DNA from: Promethearchaeota archaeon
GTDB taxonomy: Archaea; Asgardarchaeota; Lokiarchaeia; Sigyniarchaeales; SOKP01
NCBI GenBank assembly: GCA_019058015.1
Contig: JAHLWH010000082.1
Span: 1-17,331, forward strand
DNA: 17,331 nucleotides
Direction: 5' to 3'
In this document: in pieces, positions 1 through 8,068 of the stretch
How positions within the stretch are numbered: position 1 is the stretch's first letter
Layout: each line of letters opens with the position of its first letter
Program-made: the position numbers and the translations under genes
The notes under the pieces: model-generated
The model's input: the letters and a program-made list of their open reading frames with translations, nothing else
Database searches by the model: none
Told to the model about the DNA's origin: nothing

Positions 1-1
1 C

Positions 2-343
2 CTCATGATAACTCTGAGTCTTTGTTTATTAATATGGGGGTTAACCGAAAATCTCATTATTTTTGCTATTTTATTTTTTACTTTTGGGGTATGTATCTCA
101 TTTTTCTACAGTTTTTCGTTCAAATTAGTAATTTTTCGTAATATTGCCGAAAATACAACAAAATATAGCATATATTTTGAAACTGCGGTCGGTATTTTCT
201 TCTTTATTGGGCCGATATTAAGTGGTTTTTTAATCGCAATCGATTTTAACTTAGCGTTTTTTATTATGTCGTTTATTGCACTTCTTAGTTTCATTATTTA
301 TCTTTCATTGAAAAATAAAATTAAAAGTGAAAAGATTAAATAA
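2..343 (+). CDS. MFS transporter, C-terminal part (truncated by window start)
   Basis: Frame is open from the window edge. About four hydrophobic helices, including an MFS TM11-like 'GIFFFIGPILSGFL', and a basic tail. Confidence 0.7.
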   Translation, partial: LMITLSLCLLIWGLTENLIIFAILFFTFGVCISFFYSFSFKLVIFRNIAENTTKYSIYFETAVGIFFFIGPILSGFLIAIDFNLAFFIMSFIALLSFIIYLSLKNKIKSEKIK

Positions 344-394
344 ACAGATAAACAATAAACCTAAGAAAAAGTGAAGATTAGAAATAATTTTAAT

Positions 395-414
395 TTTTAA
401 TGAGTTTTAATGAG
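395..414. repeat. 10-bp tandem direct repeat TTTTAATGAG x2
   Basis: Exact copies at 395-404 and 405-414; reverse-complement core CTCATT at 448-453. Confidence 0.6.
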
Positions 415-423
415 AATTTAAAA

Positions 424-440
424 GTAAAAGGTTTAAATAT
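424..440 (+). promoter_or_regulatory. Putative BRE + TATA box for the 504 gene
   Basis: Purine-rich 'gtaaaagg' followed by TTTAAATA (432-439), about 65 nt upstream of ATG 504. The AT-rich background lowers specificity. Confidence 0.45.
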
Positions 441-503
441 TCTTAGACTCATTTGTTAATTTATAAACAAGATTTTTTATAAAAAATAATAGAGTTGTAA
501 ATA

Positions 504-1019
504 ATGGGCACTGGAAAAATTATAAGTATTTTAGCTGGGATTTTAATTATAGTCGCTACTTTTGTATTATCTTGGTTTACAGTTGCTGGTCCCGAATATG
601 CTTATGGTATTGGATTAGTAAAGAATATAATGGGAATGTTTACAGATGCTGCAACATTAGCAACTTCATGGGGGGTTGAAACATTTGTAATTTACATTGT
701 AGCAATTGTGTATATTTTATTCTTGGTTTCTGGAATTTTAGTGCTAATCGGGGCAAAAGTTCGCGTACTGGCAATAATAGGAGCAATTATACCTATACTT
801 TTATGTTATGCGATCATAGCGGGTGCTTTTAATATTCCACCAGATTTTTATCCTTATATTTCAGTATTTCTAGACTCTGAACCTCTAGTTGCAGGTATTA
901 TTCCTTTCGATTTACCTTTAGCTCCTGCCAATGCATCAGCAACAGTATCTCTTGGGACTTATGTGCTTCTTGCAGGCGGTATTTTAGGTCTTATTGGCGG
1001 AATTATGGGTCGAGATTAA
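504..1019 (+). CDS. Hypothetical four-TM membrane protein
   Basis: 171 aa ATG ORF with about four hydrophobic segments and a Gly-rich C-terminal helix (GGILGLIGG). No family recognised with certainty. Confidence 0.8.
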   Translation: MGTGKIISILAGILIIVATFVLSWFTVAGPEYAYGIGLVKNIMGMFTDAATLATSWGVETFVIYIVAIVYILFLVSGILVLIGAKVRVLAIIGAIIPILLCYAIIAGAFNIPPDFYPYISVFLDSEPLVAGIIPFDLPLAPANASATVSLGTYVLLAGGILGLIGGIMGRD

Positions 1020-1037
1020 AAAATTTAAAATTTAAAA

Positions 1038-1062
1038 TTTATTTTTTTCATTTTTACTTTTT
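1038..1062 (+). terminator. Archaeal poly-T terminator
   Basis: T-tracts (tttatttttttcatttttacttttt) just after the stop at 1019, between convergent genes. Confidence 0.5.
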
Positions 1063-1087
1063 GAAAACGTTATCTTTAAGCTGGAGT

Positions 1088-2371
1088 TTAATTGTGACGT
1101 TTATGCTTAATTCGATTTAAATAGATTTTTAAAAATATAAAAATTATCAATCCAATTGAGCAAATGAACACCCCTGCAAAAAATGATACTTGATAGGCAA
1201 AAATTTCTTCTCTGCCTTCACTGATCAAAAAGTCAATTAAGGGACCGGAGATAATGGTGCAAGCCAATCCCCAAGAAAGGAAAAACGTAGTGTTGTATAC
1301 TGCAAACAACTTAGCTCTCTTTTTTGGGGGCATTAAAGCTGAGGCAAAAGCATATGATGATGCCATAATTAAAACATCGGCAATTCCAATTAAAAAACTC
1401 CCTGTGAATATCAGCGGTAAATACATAGAAACAGCCGTAATTATAATTGCAAGCATACCTATAAAGGTTCCGAGGATTAAAGCAACCGCATGTCCTAATT
1501 TTTTGCTTAATAATCCTGCAAAAAATCCAATCATTATATTTGCGATTGAGCGAGTGTTTGCTATAAAACTTAGCAGAATACTATCTACTGCTAAACCAGA
1601 TTCCAAAGTTAAAAATTGCGAATAAGTTGTCGCTATAGAATTCCTACCGAAATTGATAAATATCAAAGCAATGATAAAAACTATAAAAATAGTTGTGTTG
1701 TTTTCATTATTCTGATCATTATTATTGGAAGCAATCTCCAATTTTTCTATTGGATTAATTCCACCCTCCGGAGTGAATAACATGGGAATAGTAGATACAA
1801 ACATGACAAACGATGCAACAAAAAATAACGGTCCATTCCGAAATCCTAAACCATTGGCATATAATAATCCACCGATTGAGATTCCAATTATACGCCCTAC
1901 TCCTCCAAGACTGATTAAGTTACCCATTATTCTACTTCTATCTTTAAACGGGTAGAGATCGGATAATAAAGCACTCCAACCAATATTGGACATGCTCCAA
2001 AAGATTTCTACACAAGCAAGTCCAATAATAATTACATACCCTGCAATAAATAAATCGGCTACCATTGAATGAATAAACCAAACAGAAATAGTTCCAATGC
2101 CAGCCAAAACTTCACCCATTATGATTAATGTTCTACGTCGCTGAAATTTATCAGATAATGGACCCCAAACAAGGTTCTGAAAGATTACACTCATTATCAT
2201 GGGAAGAGTGGCATATAGAGTAGTCTCAGTCACAGACAAGTTCAAATAAAATCTTAAATAAATAGATAAATAGGTGTAGAACAGCCCTCGTCTAAACATT
2301 GCAAGCATTTGAAAAGAGGTTAGACCAATAAATGTGCGTGATAATGATATTTGATGTTTTTTAATTTCCAT
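1088..2371 (-). CDS. MFS transporter (12 TM)
   Basis: 427 aa. Motif A 'WGPLSDKFQRRR', second-half repeat 'GLLSKKLGH', and a hydrophilic central loop. Confidence 0.92.
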   Translation of the reverse strand: MEIKKHQISLSRTFIGLTSFQMLAMFRRGLFYTYLSIYLRFYLNLSVTETTLYATLPMIMSVIFQNLVWGPLSDKFQRRRTLIIMGEVLAGIGTISVWFIHSMVADLFIAGYVIIIGLACVEIFWSMSNIGWSALLSDLYPFKDRSRIMGNLISLGGVGRIIGISIGGLLYANGLGFRNGPLFFVASFVMFVSTIPMLFTPEGGINPIEKLEIASNNNDQNNENNTTIFIVFIIALIFINFGRNSIATTYSQFLTLESGLAVDSILLSFIANTRSIANIMIGFFAGLLSKKLGHAVALILGTFIGMLAIIITAVSMYLPLIFTGSFLIGIADVLIMASSYAFASALMPPKKRAKLFAVYNTTFFLSWGLACTIISGPLIDFLISEGREEIFAYQVSFFAGVFICSIGLIIFIFLKIYLNRIKHKRHN

Positions 2372-2518
2372 TTTTTGTTATATTAGTTAGTGTAGTGTTG
2401 TATTTCTACTATAGTGTTTTGATATTTTAGAATTTTATTTAAATTTCTCTTTATAAAAAATAAAATTAAAAGTAATTAGAGAGTAATTAATACATAAAAC
2501 TAAATAAGGTTAGAAAAT

Positions 2519-2995
2519 ATGGCAGAAAATCGAATTGAAATTGATCCTTATGAACATATTGATAAATTTTTCACAAGAGCTTCATTATTGGCGACAATGA
2601 GTAAGGATGGAAAACCGAATGTAATGTCAGTTCTTTGGAGGTCTATAGGTGAATTGTGGATGTATCCAGTAATTACTGTAGCAGTCTCACCTTCCCGTTA
2701 TAGTTATGAACTCTTAACAAAAGGAATTAGAGAGTTTACATTAAACGTTCCTTCAGATAAGATAAGCTCTGCTATTGATATTTGTGGTACGTATTCAGGG
2801 AGAAATACTGATAAATTTAAACAAGCAAACTTAACTATAATTCCGGGAAAACGAATTAAAGTTCCTACAATAAAGGATTGCGTGCTGAGTTATGAATGTA
2901 AAATAATTCACGAGACAGACTCAGGGAATATTGAACCACATCATTTATTTTTTGGTGAAATTCTTGCTGCTTATACTCTAAAGGAAGAGATTTAA
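2519..2995 (+). CDS. Flavin reductase-like FMN-binding split-barrel protein
   Basis: 158 aa with family motifs 'GKPNVM', 'SRYSYELL', 'EFTLNVP', 'CGTYSGRNTDKF', 'YECKI' and 'HHLFFGEI'. Confidence 0.9.
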   Translation: MAENRIEIDPYEHIDKFFTRASLLATMSKDGKPNVMSVLWRSIGELWMYPVITVAVSPSRYSYELLTKGIREFTLNVPSDKISSAIDICGTYSGRNTDKFKQANLTIIPGKRIKVPTIKDCVLSYECKIIHETDSGNIEPHHLFFGEILAAYTLKEEI

Positions 2996-3168
2996 AGTAT
3001 TTTTTTTTTAATAAATTCGAAATTATTCTTATATTAGTAATTTTCATTCACTTTTTTCGAAAATTTAGTTATCAATTTAAAAAAGCTTTTTATTTTTTTT
3101 CTCAAATTATTAACTGTATTCAAATATGAATTAAAATATCAATAAAAACAAAAAAATGTGTGATAAAT

Positions 3169-3996
3169 ATGGCAGAAGAAAAGAAATTTGAGCATATTGT
3201 TATAGAAAGAGTAGCTGATGGAAACTATGCAGTTATAAGTTTGAATCGCCCAGATAAGTTAAATGCACTTACTGCTCAAACATGTCGAGAAGTTGCCGAT
3301 GCATTAGAAAGTATGGAAATGGACCCAGAGGTCCGATGTGTTGTCCTTAGAGGGACTAAAAATGTTACTAAAAAACCTGCATTCTCTTCAGGTGCAGATT
3401 TATCAGCAGGATTTGGACCCGGATTAAACCCAAAAATTCCAATGCATATGGATTATTCGATGTTTGATCGTCATAGAAGTTATTTACGAATCGAAGCCTT
3501 TCCAAAACCATTAGTAGCTGCAGTAGATGGTTATGCTTTTGGTGGTGGCTGCGAACTTACATTAGTCTGTGATCTTGTAATTGCCAGTAAAAGAAGCTTT
3601 TTTGGATTCCCAGAAATTGTAAGAGGTATTTTTCCGGCAAATGGAGGCACTCAACGAATGGCTAGGCATATAGGACTCGGTAGAGCCAAGTGGATGATTT
3701 ATACTGGTGAAAGAGTATCAGCTGAAGATATGTATGATTGGGGATATGTTTCTAAAGTTGTAGATGATGACAAATTTGAAGAGGAAGTTCACAATTTGGC
3801 TTCAAAAATAGGAAAAGGGGCTACAACATCTTATTATTGTATAAAGAAAGCCATGAACTATGGAACTCAAGCGCCTCATTATATTGGAATCAATTTTGAA
3901 CAATTGGGATTCGCAGTGAATTCTCAAGCTAGTGATGTAGTCGAAGGAATTAATGCCTTTTTAAGGAGAAGAGAGCCTAACTTTAAAGGTATATAA
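3169..3996 (+). CDS. Enoyl-CoA hydratase/isomerase (crotonase) family
   Basis: 'LNRPDKLNAL', 'FSSGADL', 'AFGGGCEL' and 'FPE...GIFP..GGTQR' carry both catalytic Glu. ATG 3169 follows an SD-like GTGA (the ORF track uses GTG 3160). Confidence 0.95.
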   Translation: MAEEKKFEHIVIERVADGNYAVISLNRPDKLNALTAQTCREVADALESMEMDPEVRCVVLRGTKNVTKKPAFSSGADLSAGFGPGLNPKIPMHMDYSMFDRHRSYLRIEAFPKPLVAAVDGYAFGGGCELTLVCDLVIASKRSFFGFPEIVRGIFPANGGTQRMARHIGLGRAKWMIYTGERVSAEDMYDWGYVSKVVDDDKFEEEVHNLASKIGKGATTSYYCIKKAMNYGTQAPHYIGINFEQLGFAVNSQASDVVEGINAFLRRREPNFKGI

Positions 3997-4035
3997 GAAA
4001 ATAAATAATTCTATAAAGAAAATTTGATTAATATC

Positions 4036-4078
4036 TTATTTTTTTCCTTTTTTTCATTTGATTTTTATTTTTTTTCTT
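4036..4078 (+). terminator. Poly-T terminator after the hydratase
   Basis: Several T5-T8 runs 40-80 nt after the stop. Confidence 0.5.
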
Positions 4079-4272
4079 AAAGTGATTTTAAAAACGTAAT
4101 TTATTGTTAACCAGTAAAAAATTTAAGATTTTAACAATTCTATTTTCAATTTCATCATATTTTTTGGTCTTTTTAGAAATAAAATGTTAAAGATTAAAAA
4201 AAAAATAAGATATATTTATATGTCTTAAAAATAAAAAAAACTATTTTATATTCAAAAAAAAGGTTGAAATAT

Positions 4273-5448
4273 ATGGTCGATGTTAAGAAAATAGTTGTAG
4301 TTGGCAGTGGTCTTATGGGCAATGGAATTGCACAAGTAAGTTTAATGGCTGGCTATAATGTGACTTTAGTTGATATTAAAGATGAGTTTCTTGATAAAGC
4401 TTTTGCTAATATTGAAAAAGGTCTCAAAAAATCTGAAAGTAAGGGACAATTAGGGGAGGGGGTAACTGCTGACGCTCTTATGGCAAAGTTGAAGAGAACA
4501 TTAGATTTAGCATCTGCTGTAAAAGATGCAGACTATACAATCGAAGCAGTCGTTGAAAACATGAAAGTTAAAAAAGAAGTTTTCAAAACAATGGCAGAAA
4601 ATTCTCCTGCACACTGTATTTTAGCAACAAATACTTCTACAATGAGTATTACTGAGATTGCGAAAGATTGTGGAAGACCTGAAAATGTCATCGGTATGCA
4701 TTTTTTTAATCCCGTTCCTTTGATGCGATGTATTGAAGTAATTGCTGGTGAGAAAAGCTCTGAAGAAGCTATGGAGACAGGAATGGCTGTTTCAAATTCA
4801 TTACCTTGTTTAAGAGGAAATAGATATGTTGCTAAAGTTTTAATAGACAGGCCTGGATTTATCGTAAATAGAATGAACGCCCCTGGTCAAATATATTTAA
4901 GCTGGGTCTTTGATCAAGCCAAAGAGAAACAAATACCATGGAACCAAATAGATGCTGACGGTGGGCATGCAATGCCGATGGGTCCATGCGAATTATGTGA
5001 TTATGTTGGATTGGATACTATGCATCATGTAATGGAATATTATGCAGAAACACTTTCACCCAATTTTAAACCAGGAAAAGTTATCTCAGAACTAGTTGAG
5101 GCAGGAAATCTAGGTGCTAAGACCGGTAAAGGCTTTTATGATTGGTCTGGAGGAAGACCAAAAATTGACAAATCGCAAAAAGCAGGATTGTTTGACCTTC
5201 AAACTATGATGGCTATTATGTTAAACGAAGGTTGTAGGATTTTAGAGGAAGGTGTAGCTTCTGGATTTAAAATCATTGATGATGCAAATATGGCAGGTAT
5301 GAATACACCTGGACCTTTTGGTGCTGGCAAAAAGAATTTCGAAGCATGGTCAAAATTATTGGATGAAATAGCAGACAAGACGGGAGCGGAATATTTAAGG
5401 CCTTGTGAGCTTATGAAGTCAGGTGGCTTCGTGAAAATGCGAAAATAA
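4273..5448 (+). CDS. 3-hydroxyacyl-CoA dehydrogenase (NAD), paralogue 1
   Basis: Rossmann GSGLMG, 'EAVVE', 'TNTSTM', catalytic 'GMHFFNP', 'PGFIVNR', 'LGAKTGKGFY' and a second C-terminal helical domain. ATG 4273 is preferred over TTG 4264. Confidence 0.95.
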   Translation: MVDVKKIVVVGSGLMGNGIAQVSLMAGYNVTLVDIKDEFLDKAFANIEKGLKKSESKGQLGEGVTADALMAKLKRTLDLASAVKDADYTIEAVVENMKVKKEVFKTMAENSPAHCILATNTSTMSITEIAKDCGRPENVIGMHFFNPVPLMRCIEVIAGEKSSEEAMETGMAVSNSLPCLRGNRYVAKVLIDRPGFIVNRMNAPGQIYLSWVFDQAKEKQIPWNQIDADGGHAMPMGPCELCDYVGLDTMHHVMEYYAETLSPNFKPGKVISELVEAGNLGAKTGKGFYDWSGGRPKIDKSQKAGLFDLQTMMAIMLNEGCRILEEGVASGFKIIDDANMAGMNTPGPFGAGKKNFEAWSKLLDEIADKTGAEYLRPCELMKSGGFVKMRK

Positions 5449-5469
5449 ATTATTAGAAAAATATTAACA

Positions 5470-5498
5470 TTTTTATTTTTTTCTTTTTTTTCTTATTT
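5470..5498 (+). terminator. Poly-T terminator after paralogue 1
   Basis: tttttatttttttcttttttttctt starting about 22 nt after the stop. Confidence 0.5.
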
Positions 5499-5542
5499 AA
5501 CATTATTCCTATTAAATAAATATTGGAAATTATTTACAAATT

Positions 5543-6733
5543 ATGTTTGATATTAGCAATATTAAGACATTTACAGTAATTGGCGCTGGTACTATGGGTC
5601 GAGAAATTGCACAAGTAGCCCTCATGGCTGACTTTGAGAAAGTTATATTGACCGATATTGAAAAGGATGTAATGAATAGAGCTGAAGAATATATTATCAA
5701 TGGACTTAAGAGGCTTGAAGCTAAAAATAAATTAGGTGAGGGAGTTAGTACTGAAATGATCCTGGCAAAATTAGTAAAAGAAACGGATTTAATAAAGGCA
5801 GTATCAAATGCAGATTTCGTGATTGAAGCAGTTCCCGAAATTATGAAGATAAAGCAAGAAGTATTTGAGAAATTGGGTAAATTTTCACCAGAGCATACAA
5901 TTTTAGCATCAAACACATCAACAATGAGTATAACAAAAATAGGAGAACGTTCAGGAAAACCTGAAAAGGTAATAGGTATGCATTTCTTTATTCCTATTGT
6001 AGTTCTTAGGCTAATTGAATTAATTAAAGGAGAAAAAACATCTCAAGAAACAATGGGTATTAGTTATGCGGTTGGAATGAAATTACCAGCCCTTAAGGGA
6101 AAAAGATTTATTGTTCAAATTGAAAAAGAAAGCCCAGGATTTATCGTAAATAGATTAACAATTGGAGGTAATATGTATTTAAATTGTGTTGTTGATGAAG
6201 CATTCGAGAAAGGAATTCCATGGGAAGATGTTGATGCTGATGCTGGAGATTTAACACAATGGGGTCCTTTAGTAAAATTTGATTTTCTCGGCTTAGATGT
6301 AATATATCATTGTCAAAAATATTTTGAGGAGGCTCTCTCCTCAGATTTTAACCCAGGAAAAGTCATTACAAACCTTGTAAAAGAAGGTAATTTAGGAAGT
6401 AAAACTGGCAAGGGTTTTTATGAATGGACTGCAGATGGAAAACCTAAAATAAAAAAGGGAAAAAAAGCAGGGCTTTTTGATCTTGAAACTTATATGGCTG
6501 TTCAATTAAATGAAGGTTGTAGATTATTAGAAGAGGGAGTCGTTTCTGGTTATAAAATAATTGATGATACAATGTTGGCAGGTATGGATATGCCAGGTCC
6601 ATTTAGTGCTGGAAAAAGAAATTATGAAAAATGGGCAGAATTGTTAGAACAATTAGCAAACAAGACAGGAAAAGAATATTTTAGACCTTGTACTCTGATG
6701 AAATCGGGTGGTTTTATTAAGATGCGAAAATAA
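5543..6733 (+). CDS. 3-hydroxyacyl-CoA dehydrogenase, paralogue 2
   Basis: GAGTMG, EAVPE, SNTSTM, GMHFFIP, PGFIVNR, LGSKTGKGFY. Colinear with paralogue 1 and shares the KMRK end. Confidence 0.95.
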   Translation: MFDISNIKTFTVIGAGTMGREIAQVALMADFEKVILTDIEKDVMNRAEEYIINGLKRLEAKNKLGEGVSTEMILAKLVKETDLIKAVSNADFVIEAVPEIMKIKQEVFEKLGKFSPEHTILASNTSTMSITKIGERSGKPEKVIGMHFFIPIVVLRLIELIKGEKTSQETMGISYAVGMKLPALKGKRFIVQIEKESPGFIVNRLTIGGNMYLNCVVDEAFEKGIPWEDVDADAGDLTQWGPLVKFDFLGLDVIYHCQKYFEEALSSDFNPGKVITNLVKEGNLGSKTGKGFYEWTADGKPKIKKGKKAGLFDLETYMAVQLNEGCRLLEEGVVSGYKIIDDTMLAGMDMPGPFSAGKRNYEKWAELLEQLANKTGKEYFRPCTLMKSGGFIKMRK

Positions 6734-6831
6734 AAGATTAAAATATTACAAAAATATAATCGAATTTATTTGAATAATTTAATATAACGATTTTAAATAA
6801 AGAAAAGATTTTAAACTAAAGGGGAAAAGAG

Positions 6832-8019
6832 ATAATCGATATTAGCCATATTAAAAATATTGTTGTAGTTGGAGCTGGTATAATGGGTCTCGGTATCACT
6901 CAATCTGCATTATGGGGTGGTTTTGAGAAGGTTGTCTTAAATGATATTAAAATGGAACTAATTAATAATGGAGCAAAAAAGATTAAGGATGGATTGAGAA
7001 AATCTGAATCTAAAGGACAGTTAGGAGAAGGTATCACTACTGATGCGCTTATACTAAATCTGGCTAAAGAGGTGGATCTTGCAAAAGCTGTTGTAGATGC
7101 TGATTTTATATTTGAAGTAGTTACTGAGGATTTGAAAATTAAACAAGAAGTATTTAAAAAATTAGGAGAAAATGCACCTGAACATACTGTTTTTGCATCC
7201 AATACCTCAACTATAAGGATAACAGAATTGGGAAAAGCTTCAAATCGACCTGAACAAGTAATAGGTATGCACTTTTTCCTCCCTCCATATCGTCAAAGAG
7301 GGATTGAAATAATGAAAGGTGAAAAAACTTCTGATGATACTATGGAAATTTGTATGGCTGTTGGTCAAAAATTACCATGTCTTAATGGGAAAAGAGTGAT
7401 TGCTCAACTTGAAAAAGAAAGCCCGGGATTTATTGTAAATAGGCTACTTCTATCCGCCCAAATTTATTTTAATTGGATTCTTGATCAAGCAGAGGAGAAT
7501 GGGGTTTCATTTGAACAAATTGATGCAGATGCAGGTAAATTATTGTTAATGGGTCCATGTGAATTATCTGATTATCTAGGATTAGACACTTTTTATAATA
7601 GTATGAAATCATTTGAAAAAATACTTTCTCCAGATTTTGCTCCTGGAAAAGTCCTTACAAAATTGGTTTCGGAGGGAAATTTTGGAAAAAAAACTGGGAA
7701 AGGATTTTATAATTGGATTAAAGGAAAACCCAGAATAGATAGATCAATAAAGGCTGGACTGTTTAAAACAGAAATGATGATGGCTATTCAATTAAATGAG
7801 GGATGTAGGCTTTTAGAAGAAGGAATTGTTAAGGGATATAAGATTATTGATGATATCATGTTAAATGGCACTGGTATGCCTGGTCCATTTAGTGCTGGCA
7901 AACGTAACTATGAAAAATGGACTAAAATGTTAAATAAATTAGCGGATCAGATAGGAAAAGAATATCTTAGACCTTGTAAATTATTAGAGTCTGGAAATTT
8001 TATTAAAATGAGAAAGTGA
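6832..8019 (+). CDS. 3-hydroxyacyl-CoA dehydrogenase, paralogue 3 (probable ATA start at 6832)
   Basis: Same motifs (GMHFFLP). The annotated ATG 6883 lies inside the GxGxxG motif. The upstream frame reads (ATA)IDISHIKNIVVVGAGI, aligning with MFDISNIKTFTVIGAGT of paralogue 2. An in-frame TAA sits at 6817. Confidence 0.9.
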   Translation: MIDISHIKNIVVVGAGIMGLGITQSALWGGFEKVVLNDIKMELINNGAKKIKDGLRKSESKGQLGEGITTDALILNLAKEVDLAKAVVDADFIFEVVTEDLKIKQEVFKKLGENAPEHTVFASNTSTIRITELGKASNRPEQVIGMHFFLPPYRQRGIEIMKGEKTSDDTMEICMAVGQKLPCLNGKRVIAQLEKESPGFIVNRLLLSAQIYFNWILDQAEENGVSFEQIDADAGKLLLMGPCELSDYLGLDTFYNSMKSFEKILSPDFAPGKVLTKLVSEGNFGKKTGKGFYNWIKGKPRIDRSIKAGLFKTEMMMAIQLNEGCRLLEEGIVKGYKIIDDIMLNGTGMPGPFSAGKRNYEKWTKMLNKLADQIGKEYLRPCKLLESGNFIKMRK

Positions 8020-8068
8020 GTAGCTAAAGAATTTAAATTATTTAGAGAGAAATTTCTAATCGATTTTA

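Noticed and set aside
1018-1040. AAATTTAAAATTTAAAATTT repeat/palindrome
   Set aside because: A/T-only low-complexity sequence next to a terminator; expected by chance here.
1693-1728. Asn-rich tract in the MFS protein
   Set aside because: Ordinary low-complexity central cytoplasmic loop.
5434-8019. Shared C-terminal KMRK as an organelle-type targeting signal
   Set aside because: It matches neither PTS1 (SKL-like) nor KKXX/KxKxx, and paralogy explains the conservation.
4273-8019. Triplication as an assembly artefact or mobile repeat
   Set aside because: The copies are clearly diverged at both nucleotide and protein level and have different spacers.
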